Of a DNA stretch of 43,115 bases, positions 8,857 through 15,946 are shown one piece after another. Under the pieces are notes generated by a model. It was not told the origin of the DNA. It was given only the letters and a program-made list of their open reading frames with translations, and ran no database searches. The stretch lies in the UHGV virus genome UHGV-0172426; one strand, given 5' to 3'. Source of the DNA: a virus. Positions within the stretch are counted from its first letter, which is position 1. The number at the start of each line of letters is the position of its first letter. Both the position numbers and the translations under genes were made by a program.

Positions 8857-8987
8857 CTACCGCGTTCCTCCTGGATTGTGAGGAGGCTGCTTGCATACAG
8901 CATTACCTTTTGAGTGTACGCGTCTGACAGCTTTTTCATAATCTTTTCTGTGACTTCGATCATTTTCATCTTTTCCTTTTTGTTCAC
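8853..8987 (-). CDS. 44-aa helical micro-protein (not in ORF track)
   Basis: AGGAGGTG RBS, GTG start; MNKKEKMKMIEVTEKIMKKLSDAYTQKVMLYASSLLTIQEERGS*; stop overlaps repressor stop. Confidence 0.65.
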   Translation of the reverse strand: MNKKEKMKMIEVTEKIMKKLSDAYTQKVMLYASSLLTIQEERGS

Positions 8988-9015
8988 GGTTGCACCTCCT
9001 GTGTTTGCCTACAGT

Positions 9016-9156
9016 CTACTCGTCAATACCTCGTTCGCGGCGCTGGATTCTGGCGCACTCGCGTTTGGCAAAGGCAAGCACGCGGCGAAGCGCTCCGGGC
9101 GTAAGGCGATGCAGGATGGTAACAATACGGTCGATCAGTTGGTCAGAGTTCTTCAT
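9016..9156 (-). CDS. 46-aa helical micro-protein (not in ORF track)
   Basis: AAGGAGG RBS, ATG; MKNSDQLIDRIVTILHRLTPGALRRVLAFAKRECARIQRRERGIDE*. Confidence 0.68.
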   Translation of the reverse strand: MKNSDQLIDRIVTILHRLTPGALRRVLAFAKRECARIQRRERGIDE

Positions 9157-9238
9157 AATGGTGCCTCCTTGTTAAGTTTTCAATCTCTGACATGACCGCA
9201 GCACTGTTTACACAATGTTGCAAGCGCATTTCCCAGTT

Positions 9239-9260
9239 TATTGCATATCTTTATGCAATA
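9239..9260. promoter_or_regulatory. Operator-like inverted repeat
   Basis: TATTGCATA-TCTT-TATGCAATA perfect 9-bp arms. Confidence 0.55.
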
Positions 9261-9284
9261 TTTATCATGGCAAACAAAATTCTA

Positions 9285-9391
9285 CAAAAAAATGCCCCAT
9301 CCGTGCGCCAACGCGGACAGGGCGTGCAGAAAACCACCACACAAGACGGCTTGTGCATTGTCATTATATCACAAGCCGCCTACAAACGCAA
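9285..9391 (-). ncRNA. Antisense promoter + ~70-nt structured RNA + terminator in the integrase leader
   Basis: TTGCGT(9391-9386)-17-TATAAT(9368-9363) with TG extension; hairpin GCCCTGTCCGCG...CACGGATGGGGC followed by T7. Confidence 0.55.
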
Positions 9392-9404
9392 AGGAGGAAC
9401 TATA

Positions 9405-10574
9405 ATGGCAAGAGAGAGAATGTCCGAAGCATCCTGGAACGCAAAAACCAAACGCTGGTGCTGCCGTGTCATGGTGCGCGGGAAGCGTCGCGCATTTTAC
9501 TCGTCCATCGAGGGACGGCGCGGAAAAAGAGAAGCCGAACGCAAAGCAGAAGAATGGCTCGCGTCCGGCACCATGTCTCCCAAAGTCAAAGTGTCAACAT
9601 TGTGGCACGAAATGCTGGATCACATCAGCAGCACGAAGGGCAAAGACAGCGAAACTTATAAGCAACGCGAAAAAATGGGGCGGCTGTACATTCTTCCTTG
9701 CATTGGTCAAAAGCGTCTCGAAGACATGCACCCCATCGATTGGCAAGACTGCATCGACATAACTTTCGCAAAATCAAAACGAAAAGGCAAGCCTTTAAGT
9801 GCAAAAACCTTGAAGGATGTCCGAGGGGCGCTGACTGGATTCAAAACATACTGCGAATCACGCGAAATATTCATAACATCCATGAGGACGATCACTATTC
9901 CGGACGATGCACCAGTCGGCCAAAGAACGATTTTGCAACCAGATGATTTACGGGCGTTATTCTCGGACCCAAAGCCTACAGCACAAGGGCAAGACAGACG
10001 AGTGCACTACTTGCATTTGTGGCGATTTTATGTCCTGACCGGAATGCGACCGGGCGAAGCGATTGCGCTTCAACGCAATGACGTCAGTACAGACGGCGAC
10101 ACGGTTAAGATTCAACGCAGTGTCAACACTGACAAAATTATTACCATAGGCAAAAACCGCAACGCTCAACGCAGTTTTATCCTGCCGGAGAGCGCGAAAA
10201 GTGTCTTACAAGATCAAGCGGAATATTTGCGGAAGCTAGGGATTATATCTCCTTATATTTTCCCCGGCAAAGACGGATCAATTGCATCCGAGCGGTCGGT
10301 CTATAAGGCGTGGCGGCGCTTTTGTGATGTGCAAGGTACTATAAAGTGCAGTTTATATGAACTACGCCACACTATGGTGTCTATCAACGCCGACGTGCCT
10401 GACGCGCTGCTAAAGCCGATGGTTGGACATAGCGCCAGAATGGACACGCGTGGAACATACGGCCACGAGGTCATAGGGCAGCGAGAGCGAACGGCAAATT
10501 TGGTGGAGCAGTCTTTACAAATCGCGCTTGGCTCTGATGCCAAAAAGATGCCAAACGGATTCCAAAACAGCTGA
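9405..10574 (+). CDS. int: Tyrosine integrase
   Basis: AAGGAGG RBS, ATG 9405; TGMRPGE (Arg), YELRH, VGHS, TYGH (Tyr nucleophile); N-terminal arm-binding domain. Confidence 0.95.
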   Translation: MARERMSEASWNAKTKRWCCRVMVRGKRRAFYSSIEGRRGKREAERKAEEWLASGTMSPKVKVSTLWHEMLDHISSTKGKDSETYKQREKMGRLYILPCIGQKRLEDMHPIDWQDCIDITFAKSKRKGKPLSAKTLKDVRGALTGFKTYCESREIFITSMRTITIPDDAPVGQRTILQPDDLRALFSDPKPTAQGQDRRVHYLHLWRFYVLTGMRPGEAIALQRNDVSTDGDTVKIQRSVNTDKIITIGKNRNAQRSFILPESAKSVLQDQAEYLRKLGIISPYIFPGKDGSIASERSVYKAWRRFCDVQGTIKCSLYELRHTMVSINADVPDALLKPMVGHSARMDTRGTYGHEVIGQRERTANLVEQSLQIALGSDAKKMPNGFQNS

Positions 10575-10770
10575 ATCGGAGTATAATCAAATACAAGCTA
10601 GGCGGCAAAAAATCCCTGAATAATGGGATTTTGCAAAATGTATTTGGATTAAAGCAGTAGTTCGAGTCTACTGCGACCCACCAAGAAAAAACGCCTAAAT
10701 TCAGGCGTTTTTTCTGTATTTTACAAAATTCAAAGCCAAAAAAGATGCCAAATAAAAAGAGGATGCCAAC
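10536..10770 (+). other. attP: tRNA 3'-end core with flanking integrase arm-type repeats
   Basis: Core CAGTAG-TTCGAGT-CTACTGCGACCC-A-CCA (10655-10683); GATGCCAAA at 10536, 10547, 10744, variants at 10733 and 10762. Confidence 0.85.
10684..10715 (+). terminator. Bidirectional hairpin directly after the att core (replacement tRNA terminator)
   Basis: AGAAAAAACGCCT-AAATTC-AGGCGTTTTTTCT. Confidence 0.75.
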
Positions 10771-10782
10771 GGCACCCTCTTT
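10751..10782 (-). terminator. Terminator of the 7-gene module
   Basis: Minus strand AAGAGGGTGCC-GTT-GGCATCCTCTT-TTTATT just after stop at 10785. Confidence 0.7.
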
Positions 10783-10784
10783 CT

Positions 10785-11096
10785 TTATTTTAGTCGCCAG
10801 AGTTTGCGCATCAGAGAATCATATTCCTTCGGGCACACAATTTGCAGAGCTTCCAGATGTTCGTCAATGACTTGCATCGCCTTATCATACGGAATCTGCG
10901 CCATCACCTCCTGAAACTCTGATTCGTAAATAGGCTCCTGCGGCACTGCCTTAATGGTCTGCGGCTCCGCCTGGACATTTTCACCGTTGAGATGATCTCG
11001 CACAATCTTCAGCGCCGCCAGCCGCATCACCGCGTCATAAGTCGTGTTGCCATTGGCCAGTGTGTGCATGGCCTGCTCGATCTCTTGCATGTCCAT
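10785..11096 (-). CDS. Uncharacterised helical protein (module gene 7)
   Basis: AGGTG RBS; ...YESEFQEVM...KAMQVIDEHLEALQIVCPKEYDSLMRKL. Confidence 0.75.
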   Translation of the reverse strand: MDMQEIEQAMHTLANGNTTYDAVMRLAALKIVRDHLNGENVQAEPQTIKAVPQEPIYESEFQEVMAQIPYDKAMQVIDEHLEALQIVCPKEYDSLMRKLWRLK

Positions 11097-11108
11097 GCGA
11101 TCACCTGC

Positions 11109-11495
11109 CTACAGTTTCCGCGCCATTTCAAGCAGCCGTTCGATGGTCTGGCGGTCAGTTCCCTGCACGCCGTCTATCATGCTCTCAAGGATGTCCATGA
11201 TGCGCTGCTTGCCGTCCGTCCGGGAGTAGCCGTCGTCACGCGGATAACGGTCAGTCCTCCAACCTCCGTCATAGCGCTCAGCCGTGCTGGAATACCTGCC
11301 CATGGAGTCGCGTCTGCGACGAGCATGGCTGTATTCGCTTCCATCGTCAGCCAAAAGCTCGATTTTGTCGATGTTTTTAATTGTGTCCGTCAGCTTGTGC
11401 ACCGTTTCAAGGTCGCCGCTGGACAGATTGCCGCGCTTGGCATATCCTTCCAGCTCTTCACAAAGCATTTCGCGCAGCTTGTACATATCCCTCAT
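11109..11495 (-). CDS. Uncharacterised protein with helical N-part and RRRDSMGRYS motif (module gene 6)
   Basis: AAGGAGG RBS; LREMLCEEL...VHKLTDTIKNIDKI; Arg/Gly/Tyr/Ser-rich linker. Confidence 0.78.
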   Translation of the reverse strand: MRDMYKLREMLCEELEGYAKRGNLSSGDLETVHKLTDTIKNIDKIELLADDGSEYSHARRRRDSMGRYSSTAERYDGGWRTDRYPRDDGYSRTDGKQRIMDILESMIDGVQGTDRQTIERLLEMARKL

Positions 11496-11511
11496 CGTCG
11501 TTCCTCCTTTC

Positions 11512-11937
11512 TTACGCTACTCGCTCGACGATCAGGTTTGCGTTGGCAACACTAATCGCCTGCGTGCTGGTGTTTTCTGCTGCAATTGTTAAGCAGCAGC
11601 CGCGCGGAACCTCGATAAATGCCGCCACATAGACGTTGCCAGCATTACCCACTGCCGCCGGCACAAATATTGCCGTCGCACCGTTCAGTGCTTCACCATT
11701 GACAGCCAGCGCGACCGAGATTGCTTCCACCGTGCCACCCGTCGGAATCGAGATGTTGGAGCCAAAAGACACCTTAAACAGCGCCCTACACTGCTGCGTC
11801 AGCCCTCTCAGAGTGACAATTCCAGCACCGTCACGGTGCACGATGCAGGGTTTGTTATTCACGACAGCAGTTTCCGTCAACGGAACGTTTTGACCAGCAG
11901 CGACAGTTACAGTCGCCGCATTGGTATACTCTGCCAT
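11512..11937 (-). CDS. All-beta protein, BclA C-terminal / TNF-C1q-like (module gene 5)
   Basis: TVAAGQNVPL, GIVTLRG, FKVSFGSNI, VALAVNGE, ANANLIVERVA pattern of BclA-C-type jelly roll. Confidence 0.6.
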   Translation of the reverse strand: MAEYTNAATVTVAAGQNVPLTETAVVNNKPCIVHRDGAGIVTLRGLTQQCRALFKVSFGSNISIPTGGTVEAISVALAVNGEALNGATAIFVPAAVGNAGNVYVAAFIEVPRGCCLTIAAENTSTQAISVANANLIVERVA

Positions 11938-11956
11938 TTTAATCCTCCTTCATAAC

Positions 11957-11983
11957 TTGGCGGTGGCATAACACCACCGCCAA
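11957..11983. other. Intergenic stem-loop without U-tail
   Basis: TTGGCGGTGG-CATAACA-CCACCGCCAA, 10-bp perfect stem. Confidence 0.65.
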
Positions 11984-11994
11984 ATGTCACATCA

Positions 11995-12768
11995 TTAACC
12001 GCAAGTGCCGCAGGTGCCGTATGCCGCCTGAGTCGCCCACGGATTGCAGGTGATGTAGGCCGGAGTCGGGCACGGACGCAACGTCTGCACAAGGTACTGA
12101 CTCTGCGTCGCCTGGGACGCGGCCAGCTGCGCCGCAAAGAGCTGCTGATTCTGTTCAGCGATTTTTGCATCCTTCGCTTCGATCCGCTGGGCAGTGAGCG
12201 CATCGAGGATTGCACGCGCGTTCTGATTCTGATTGTCGATCAGGTCACGGGTGCTGTTCTGCACGACGTTGCGAGTGTCGCAACCCTGCTGCGCCATGTC
12301 ATAGCGCACCTGGGCAATCGCCGCACGATTCTCGCAGCAGCATTCCTGACTCTGCATCTGCATCTGGAAGAGGGTCTGCATCAGCGCAGCCTGCTGGTTG
12401 GCGCGGGACAGTTCAGCTGCCTGGAAGCCGCTGCTCATGTTCTGGTTTACGCCGGCAAAGCCCTGAAGCATGGTCGTGTTCTGTGCATAAAAACCGTCAC
12501 ACAGGCCGTTGTTTACGTTGTCCAGCTTGCGTTCGACACTAGCAAAATCGGAGGTGAGCACATAGCCGTCCACAACCCCAGCACCGCTGCCGTTGCCAGC
12601 AAAGCCGCCTCCAAAGCCGTTATTGCCCCAGCCAAGAAAGACGAAAAGAAACAGGATGATGAGAAACCACGCGCCGTTGCCATCGCCGAAGAAGCCATTG
12701 CCACGGTTGCCGTTGCCAGTTACCGCCGCGATGTCGGCAGGGGTCATTTCCGAGGTAGTCAAAGACAT
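11995..12768 (-). CDS. Membrane-anchored coiled-coil, Cys-rich protein (module gene 4)
   Basis: AAAGGAG RBS, MSLTTSEM start; Gly/Asn-flanked TM AWFLIILFLFVFLGW; Gln-rich coil; ECCCE; C-terminal PCPTPAYITCNPW...CGTCG. Confidence 0.8.
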   Translation of the reverse strand: MSLTTSEMTPADIAAVTGNGNRGNGFFGDGNGAWFLIILFLFVFLGWGNNGFGGGFAGNGSGAGVVDGYVLTSDFASVERKLDNVNNGLCDGFYAQNTTMLQGFAGVNQNMSSGFQAAELSRANQQAALMQTLFQMQMQSQECCCENRAAIAQVRYDMAQQGCDTRNVVQNSTRDLIDNQNQNARAILDALTAQRIEAKDAKIAEQNQQLFAAQLAASQATQSQYLVQTLRPCPTPAYITCNPWATQAAYGTCGTCG

Positions 12769-12827
12769 TATTTTTTCTCCTTTCATATCTTTTTATCCAC
12801 AAATGCGGCCGCATTTTGTGTTTATTG

Positions 12828-12934
12828 TTGAATATCATTTGCAGAAGTGATATAATATATTTGCACGGAATCTTCCATTTTCACACCTCTGCAGAAAGGT
12901 ATCGCATGGCATGGGCGATGCCTTTTCTGTTTTT
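12828..12934 (+). ncRNA. Candidate ~70-nt sRNA with own promoter and terminator
   Basis: TTGAAT-17-TATAAT with TG extension (12828-12856); anti-SD-like seed TCTTCCATTTTCACACCTCT; hairpin 12891-12930 + T-run. Confidence 0.62.
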
Positions 12935-12938
12935 GGAA

Positions 12939-13157
12939 TTATTGCAGCAAGGATTGAAACATCTGCGCCGCCTGCTGCAACTGATTCAACTGCTGCTGCG
13001 ACATTTTTCCGGATTGCAGCAGCTTTTCAACCTCTTTTTGCGGGTCGCCCTGAAAATTTTGTCTGAACTGATTAAACTGTTGCACCATCTGCTGAAACTG
13101 TCCCAGTCTGCCTGGCATCTGACCGCCGGCAAGCGCCTGAAAAAGCGGATTAGGCAT
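12939..13157 (-). CDS. Gln/Met-rich small helical protein (module gene 3)
   Basis: MPNPLFQAL...GDPQKEVEKLLQSGKMSQQQLNQLQQ; AGGAGGA RBS. Confidence 0.78.
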   Translation of the reverse strand: MPNPLFQALAGGQMPGRLGQFQQMVQQFNQFRQNFQGDPQKEVEKLLQSGKMSQQQLNQLQQAAQMFQSLLQ

Positions 13158-13575
13158 TTACGACTTCCTCCTTTGTAGGCTTTGGCATCAGCGCGTCCAC
13201 ACGAGCGGACAGCGCATCCAGTTCGGCGCGGGTCACATATTGTTCAGCAGGCGCCACTGGGGCTGCTTGCCTCGGCGTGGTTGTGCGCTCGGTATAATCC
13301 AGCACGCGCATGGACGGCATACCGGACGCATCGACGGACTTGATATAGATCGTCTGGCTTTCACTGTCCCACAAGGGGAGTGTGTTGCCCGGCGCCATCA
13401 GATAGCTTTTCGCCCCGGTTTCACCTTGCACCCAGATCATGCCGGTCTGGGGCGGCTGCTGCACCGGCTGCATTGCCGCCTGACGGAGCTGTGCAAGCTG
13501 ATCCGGCATCGGCTGCGGCTGGTAGTAACTGCCCGGCTGATAATAGTTCGGCATACCCGGATATCCAAATGCCAT
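13150..13575 (-). CDS. Pro/Gln/Tyr-rich N-terminus + globular domain + short coil (module gene 2)
   Basis: MIWVQGETGAKSYLMAPGNTLPLWDSESQTIYIKSVDASGMP; YVTRAELDAL. Confidence 0.78.
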   Translation of the reverse strand: MAFGYPGMPNYYQPGSYYQPQPMPDQLAQLRQAAMQPVQQPPQTGMIWVQGETGAKSYLMAPGNTLPLWDSESQTIYIKSVDASGMPSMRVLDYTERTTTPRQAAPVAPAEQYVTRAELDALSARVDALMPKPTKEEVVNA

Positions 13576-13578
13576 AAA

Positions 13579-13962
13579 TTACCCCTCCTTATGCCAGTAG
13601 TAGATCGGCACTTCTGCGCCGCTGTCCCAGCTGTCGTAATAGTTCCCATCTTGCACGGCAACGACGTGGTCAGACAGTGCAAGCACATATGTGCCAGTCG
13701 GATGCTCTTCACAAAAATCTGAGACGGTGTAACAGGTATCACAATCGTCGCGGACAAAATCGCGCTGGTATCCGTGCTTTTTCAAATAGCGCCCCCAAAC
13801 GTGGTTGGCGTTTGGGAGATCGCAGCGGGCAAAGCCCTCGACGGTCAGTGCCAGATACACCTGATCCCAGCTATCCCCGGTGGCAATGGTGCAGGCACGG
13901 ACAGCGCAATCCCCGACCGACTTGCCCTGCGGATTGGGGTTATACGGCATCCATCTTCCCAA
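13579..13962 (-). CDS. Papain-fold cysteine peptidase-like protein (module gene 1)
   Basis: YNPNP..GDCAVRA (Cys), SDHVVAV (His), YYDSWDS (Asp); start uncertain (TTG 13962 or ATG 13950). Confidence 0.68.
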   Translation of the reverse strand: MGRWMPYNPNPQGKSVGDCAVRACTIATGDSWDQVYLALTVEGFARCDLPNANHVWGRYLKKHGYQRDFVRDDCDTCYTVSDFCEEHPTGTYVLALSDHVVAVQDGNYYDSWDSGAEVPIYYWHKEG

Positions 13963-13986
13963 CTTGACCACTCCCCATCTGGTTTA

Positions 13987-14064
13987 ATTGTAAAAAAAAA
14001 GCGCCCCCTGCACGATGTCATGCAGGGGACACTTCAGTGTCAAAAATGGGACATTTTAGGGACA
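13987..14064 (-). promoter_or_regulatory. Activator-type promoter of the module: four 11-bp-phased repeats, terminator hairpin, -10 only
   Basis: TGTCCC/TGACAC hexamers at 14059, 14048, 14037, 14026; CCCCTGCA-TGACATCG-TGCAGGGG + T9; TACAAT at 13992-13987 with no consensus -35. Confidence 0.62.
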
Positions 14065-14071
14065 GCAGCCA

Positions 14072-14287
14072 TTAGTAGTCGTATGTATGATCCACTTTGA
14101 TGCCGATCTTATAAGCACGCCGAGCGCTGAGTGGCATAGCAAGATAGTCGCCATCACAAAAATCATCACGTTCAGCGGCAGATCCAAAGGCATGCACAAT
14201 GGCTGTACTCCAATCATGGATCTTCTCATCCGAGTCGTTGAGTGCAAAATCCGATTTGTATTTTAGCGCGTAAAATTTTCTTTTCAC
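14072..14287 (-). CDS. Hypothetical protein (moron)
   Basis: GGGGAG RBS, GTG start. Confidence 0.6.
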   Translation of the reverse strand: MKRKFYALKYKSDFALNDSDEKIHDWSTAIVHAFGSAAERDDFCDGDYLAMPLSARRAYKIGIKVDHTYDY

Positions 14288-14314
14288 GGCGTATTTCTCC
14301 CCATAAGCTGTGTG

Positions 14315-14704
14315 TCATTCTTCGGTTCGCGCGGCGGTGATCCGTGCGAGCTGGTCGGTCAGGACAGCGTATCCCAGCAATATCTGGGTGTAAGCAGGAG
14401 CCTCACGAGCATTGCCCACCTCGCTTGCATCGTATTCCCAATTTTGGATGCTGCGGCGCGGGGCTCCATAGGCAGCGGCAAATCCTGTCTGTGACAGCCC
14501 AGTGATGCTGCGGATCGCGCGGAAGCCGCCGTGCGCCATTGTGAAGACCGCATCCAGCACGCGGACAATGGAATCGGCGTCATCCGCACCGTACTCGTCC
14601 ATCCAGTCCTGCCAGCCGCGCTCGGAAATGTACAGGTCGCGCTGCTCAGGAGTGTATTCACCAGCAGACTCCCAAAGCCTGCGAAAATCGGCAAAAGTCA
14701 TCAT
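14315..14704 (-). CDS. XRE HTH protein (antitoxin-like, moron)
   Basis: IRSITGLSQTGFAAAYGAPRRSIQNWE...APAY; AAGGAGG RBS before ATG 14704. Confidence 0.78.
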   Translation of the reverse strand: MMTFADFRRLWESAGEYTPEQRDLYISERGWQDWMDEYGADDADSIVRVLDAVFTMAHGGFRAIRSITGLSQTGFAAAYGAPRRSIQNWEYDASEVGNAREAPAYTQILLGYAVLTDQLARITAARTEE

Positions 14705-14718
14705 AATATTGTCCTCCT

Positions 14719-15276
14719 TTAGTCCCACATATGGGCAATGCAGTAATCTTCCCACTCTTTTTTCATCGCCGTGATGATGTCTGCCCAATACTGACGATCA
14801 TCCGAAGCATGGTCATCATAGATGATCTTCTCAAGTGTTTTCGTTCCGATGCCGCTCTTGATGTAGTGCTCGGAGCAGACATAATCCTCTGCCAGCAGGT
14901 AGGCGTTGGCTCTGGGGTACATCCGGCAGATCAATGCCACGTCAACGGTGGGTTTGTTCGGCAGGATTCCGTCCCCGCGCTCCATTGCATCATTAAACTT
15001 ATCGCGGTAATTTTCCCACGTCGTCATTGCCGCGCGGATCTCTTTCACGCCTTCGATGCTTTCAACCCTGCGTTGGTATTCAGCTTCTTTTTCTGCTTTT
15101 TCGCGGAGGTACGCCATAATTTCAGGTTTGCGTGCCTTGACGGCTGCACACGCTGCATCCACATCTGCCTTTCTTTTGGTCTCCGAGAAAAATTGCAGCC
15201 GTTCTCCATCTTCTGCGATGCTGATACGCAGTACGCTGATGATGTTTTTGATGCTCATTTCGTTGTAGTTTTTCAT
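14719..15276 (-). CDS. Hypothetical protein (moron)
   Basis: AAGGAGG RBS; 185 aa helical. Confidence 0.72.
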   Translation of the reverse strand: MKNYNEMSIKNIISVLRISIAEDGERLQFFSETKRKADVDAACAAVKARKPEIMAYLREKAEKEAEYQRRVESIEGVKEIRAAMTTWENYRDKFNDAMERGDGILPNKPTVDVALICRMYPRANAYLLAEDYVCSEHYIKSGIGTKTLEKIIYDDHASDDRQYWADIITAMKKEWEDYCIAHMWD

Positions 15277-15294
15277 TTTTGTGTCCTCCTTATA

Positions 15295-15579
15295 TCAGTC
15301 CTTGATGATTGGGAGCGCTGTATAGTGGAGATGCGCGCCATCGAACCAGTTGATGCAGGGCTTGTTGTTTCGATGATAAAGCACTTCGTAGAGGTAGCAC
15401 GGCTTGCCGTTAATTGTAACCAGTACCCGGTCGAATCTGTCCTTCCACGGCTCAAAGGACTCCGGAATATCAACCGTTATCGGCTCAGAGTAGACTGCTT
15501 CGTCGGTCGGGGTGGTGGTGTAGATGGTCTGCTTTTCATGGGCGAGGACTCCGTAGTTTGCGTAGATGGTGGTTTTCAT
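15295..15579 (-). CDS. Hypothetical protein (moron first gene)
   Basis: AGGAGG RBS; IYANYGVLAHEKQTIYT. Confidence 0.72.
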   Translation of the reverse strand: MKTTIYANYGVLAHEKQTIYTTTPTDEAVYSEPITVDIPESFEPWKDRFDRVLVTINGKPCYLYEVLYHRNNKPCINWFDGAHLHYTALPIIKD

Positions 15580-15611
15580 TTTTGTTTCCTCCTATCTCTT
15601 ACCTTGTCTGT

Positions 15612-15640
15612 ATTATAGCACCCATTGAGTACAACGTCAA
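15612..15640 (-). promoter_or_regulatory. Moron sigmaA promoter
   Basis: TTGACG-17-TATAAT with TG extension. Confidence 0.82.
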
Positions 15641-15671
15641 CACCTTTTTGAAAAAATCCTATCCCAAAACC

Positions 15672-15704
15672 AAAAAAATTGGGGCAGGCCGAAGCCCACC
15701 CCAA
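15672..15704 (-). terminator. Terminator ending the late/lysis operon
   Basis: TTGGGGTGGGC-TTCG-GCCTGCCCCAA + T7. Confidence 0.8.
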
Positions 15705-15706
15705 CA

Positions 15707-15928
15707 TCATACTCGCTTGAGCAAATCATCCACCCGGCAGGTCACAATCCGCTTGATCTGCCGCGGCGACATCTGCGGACGCACCGCCTCTGCAATCTGC
15801 TCGTAGGTCTGCCCGTCCAGCAACTTGAGGCGCAGGATTTGCCGATCCCGCGCCGAAAACACCCACTCATCAATCAGCGCTCCCACCTGTGCGCGGCTCA
15901 GTCCGGCGCGCGTGATCTCTGCAAGCAT
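15707..15928 (-). CDS. Small sigma70 region-4-like HTH regulator
   Basis: SARDRQILRLKLLDGQTYEQIAE...MSPRQIKRIV. Confidence 0.75.
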   Translation of the reverse strand: MLAEITRAGLSRAQVGALIDEWVFSARDRQILRLKLLDGQTYEQIAEAVRPQMSPRQIKRIVTCRVDDLLKRV

Positions 15929-15946
15929 CGCACACCAGCTCCCTCC

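Noticed and set aside
10350..10372. Inactive integrase because HxxR reads YELR
   Set aside because: The first His is a variable position in tyrosine recombinases; Arg, Arg, His and Tyr are present and attP is intact
10655..10683. tRNA gene
   Set aside because: Only T-arm and 3' acceptor strand; no D or anticodon arm upstream, so it is the att core
14026..14064. Spo0A boxes upstream of the module
   Set aside because: Repeats are TGTCCC/TGACAC, not TGNCGAA; no convincing sporulation-sigma promoter was found either
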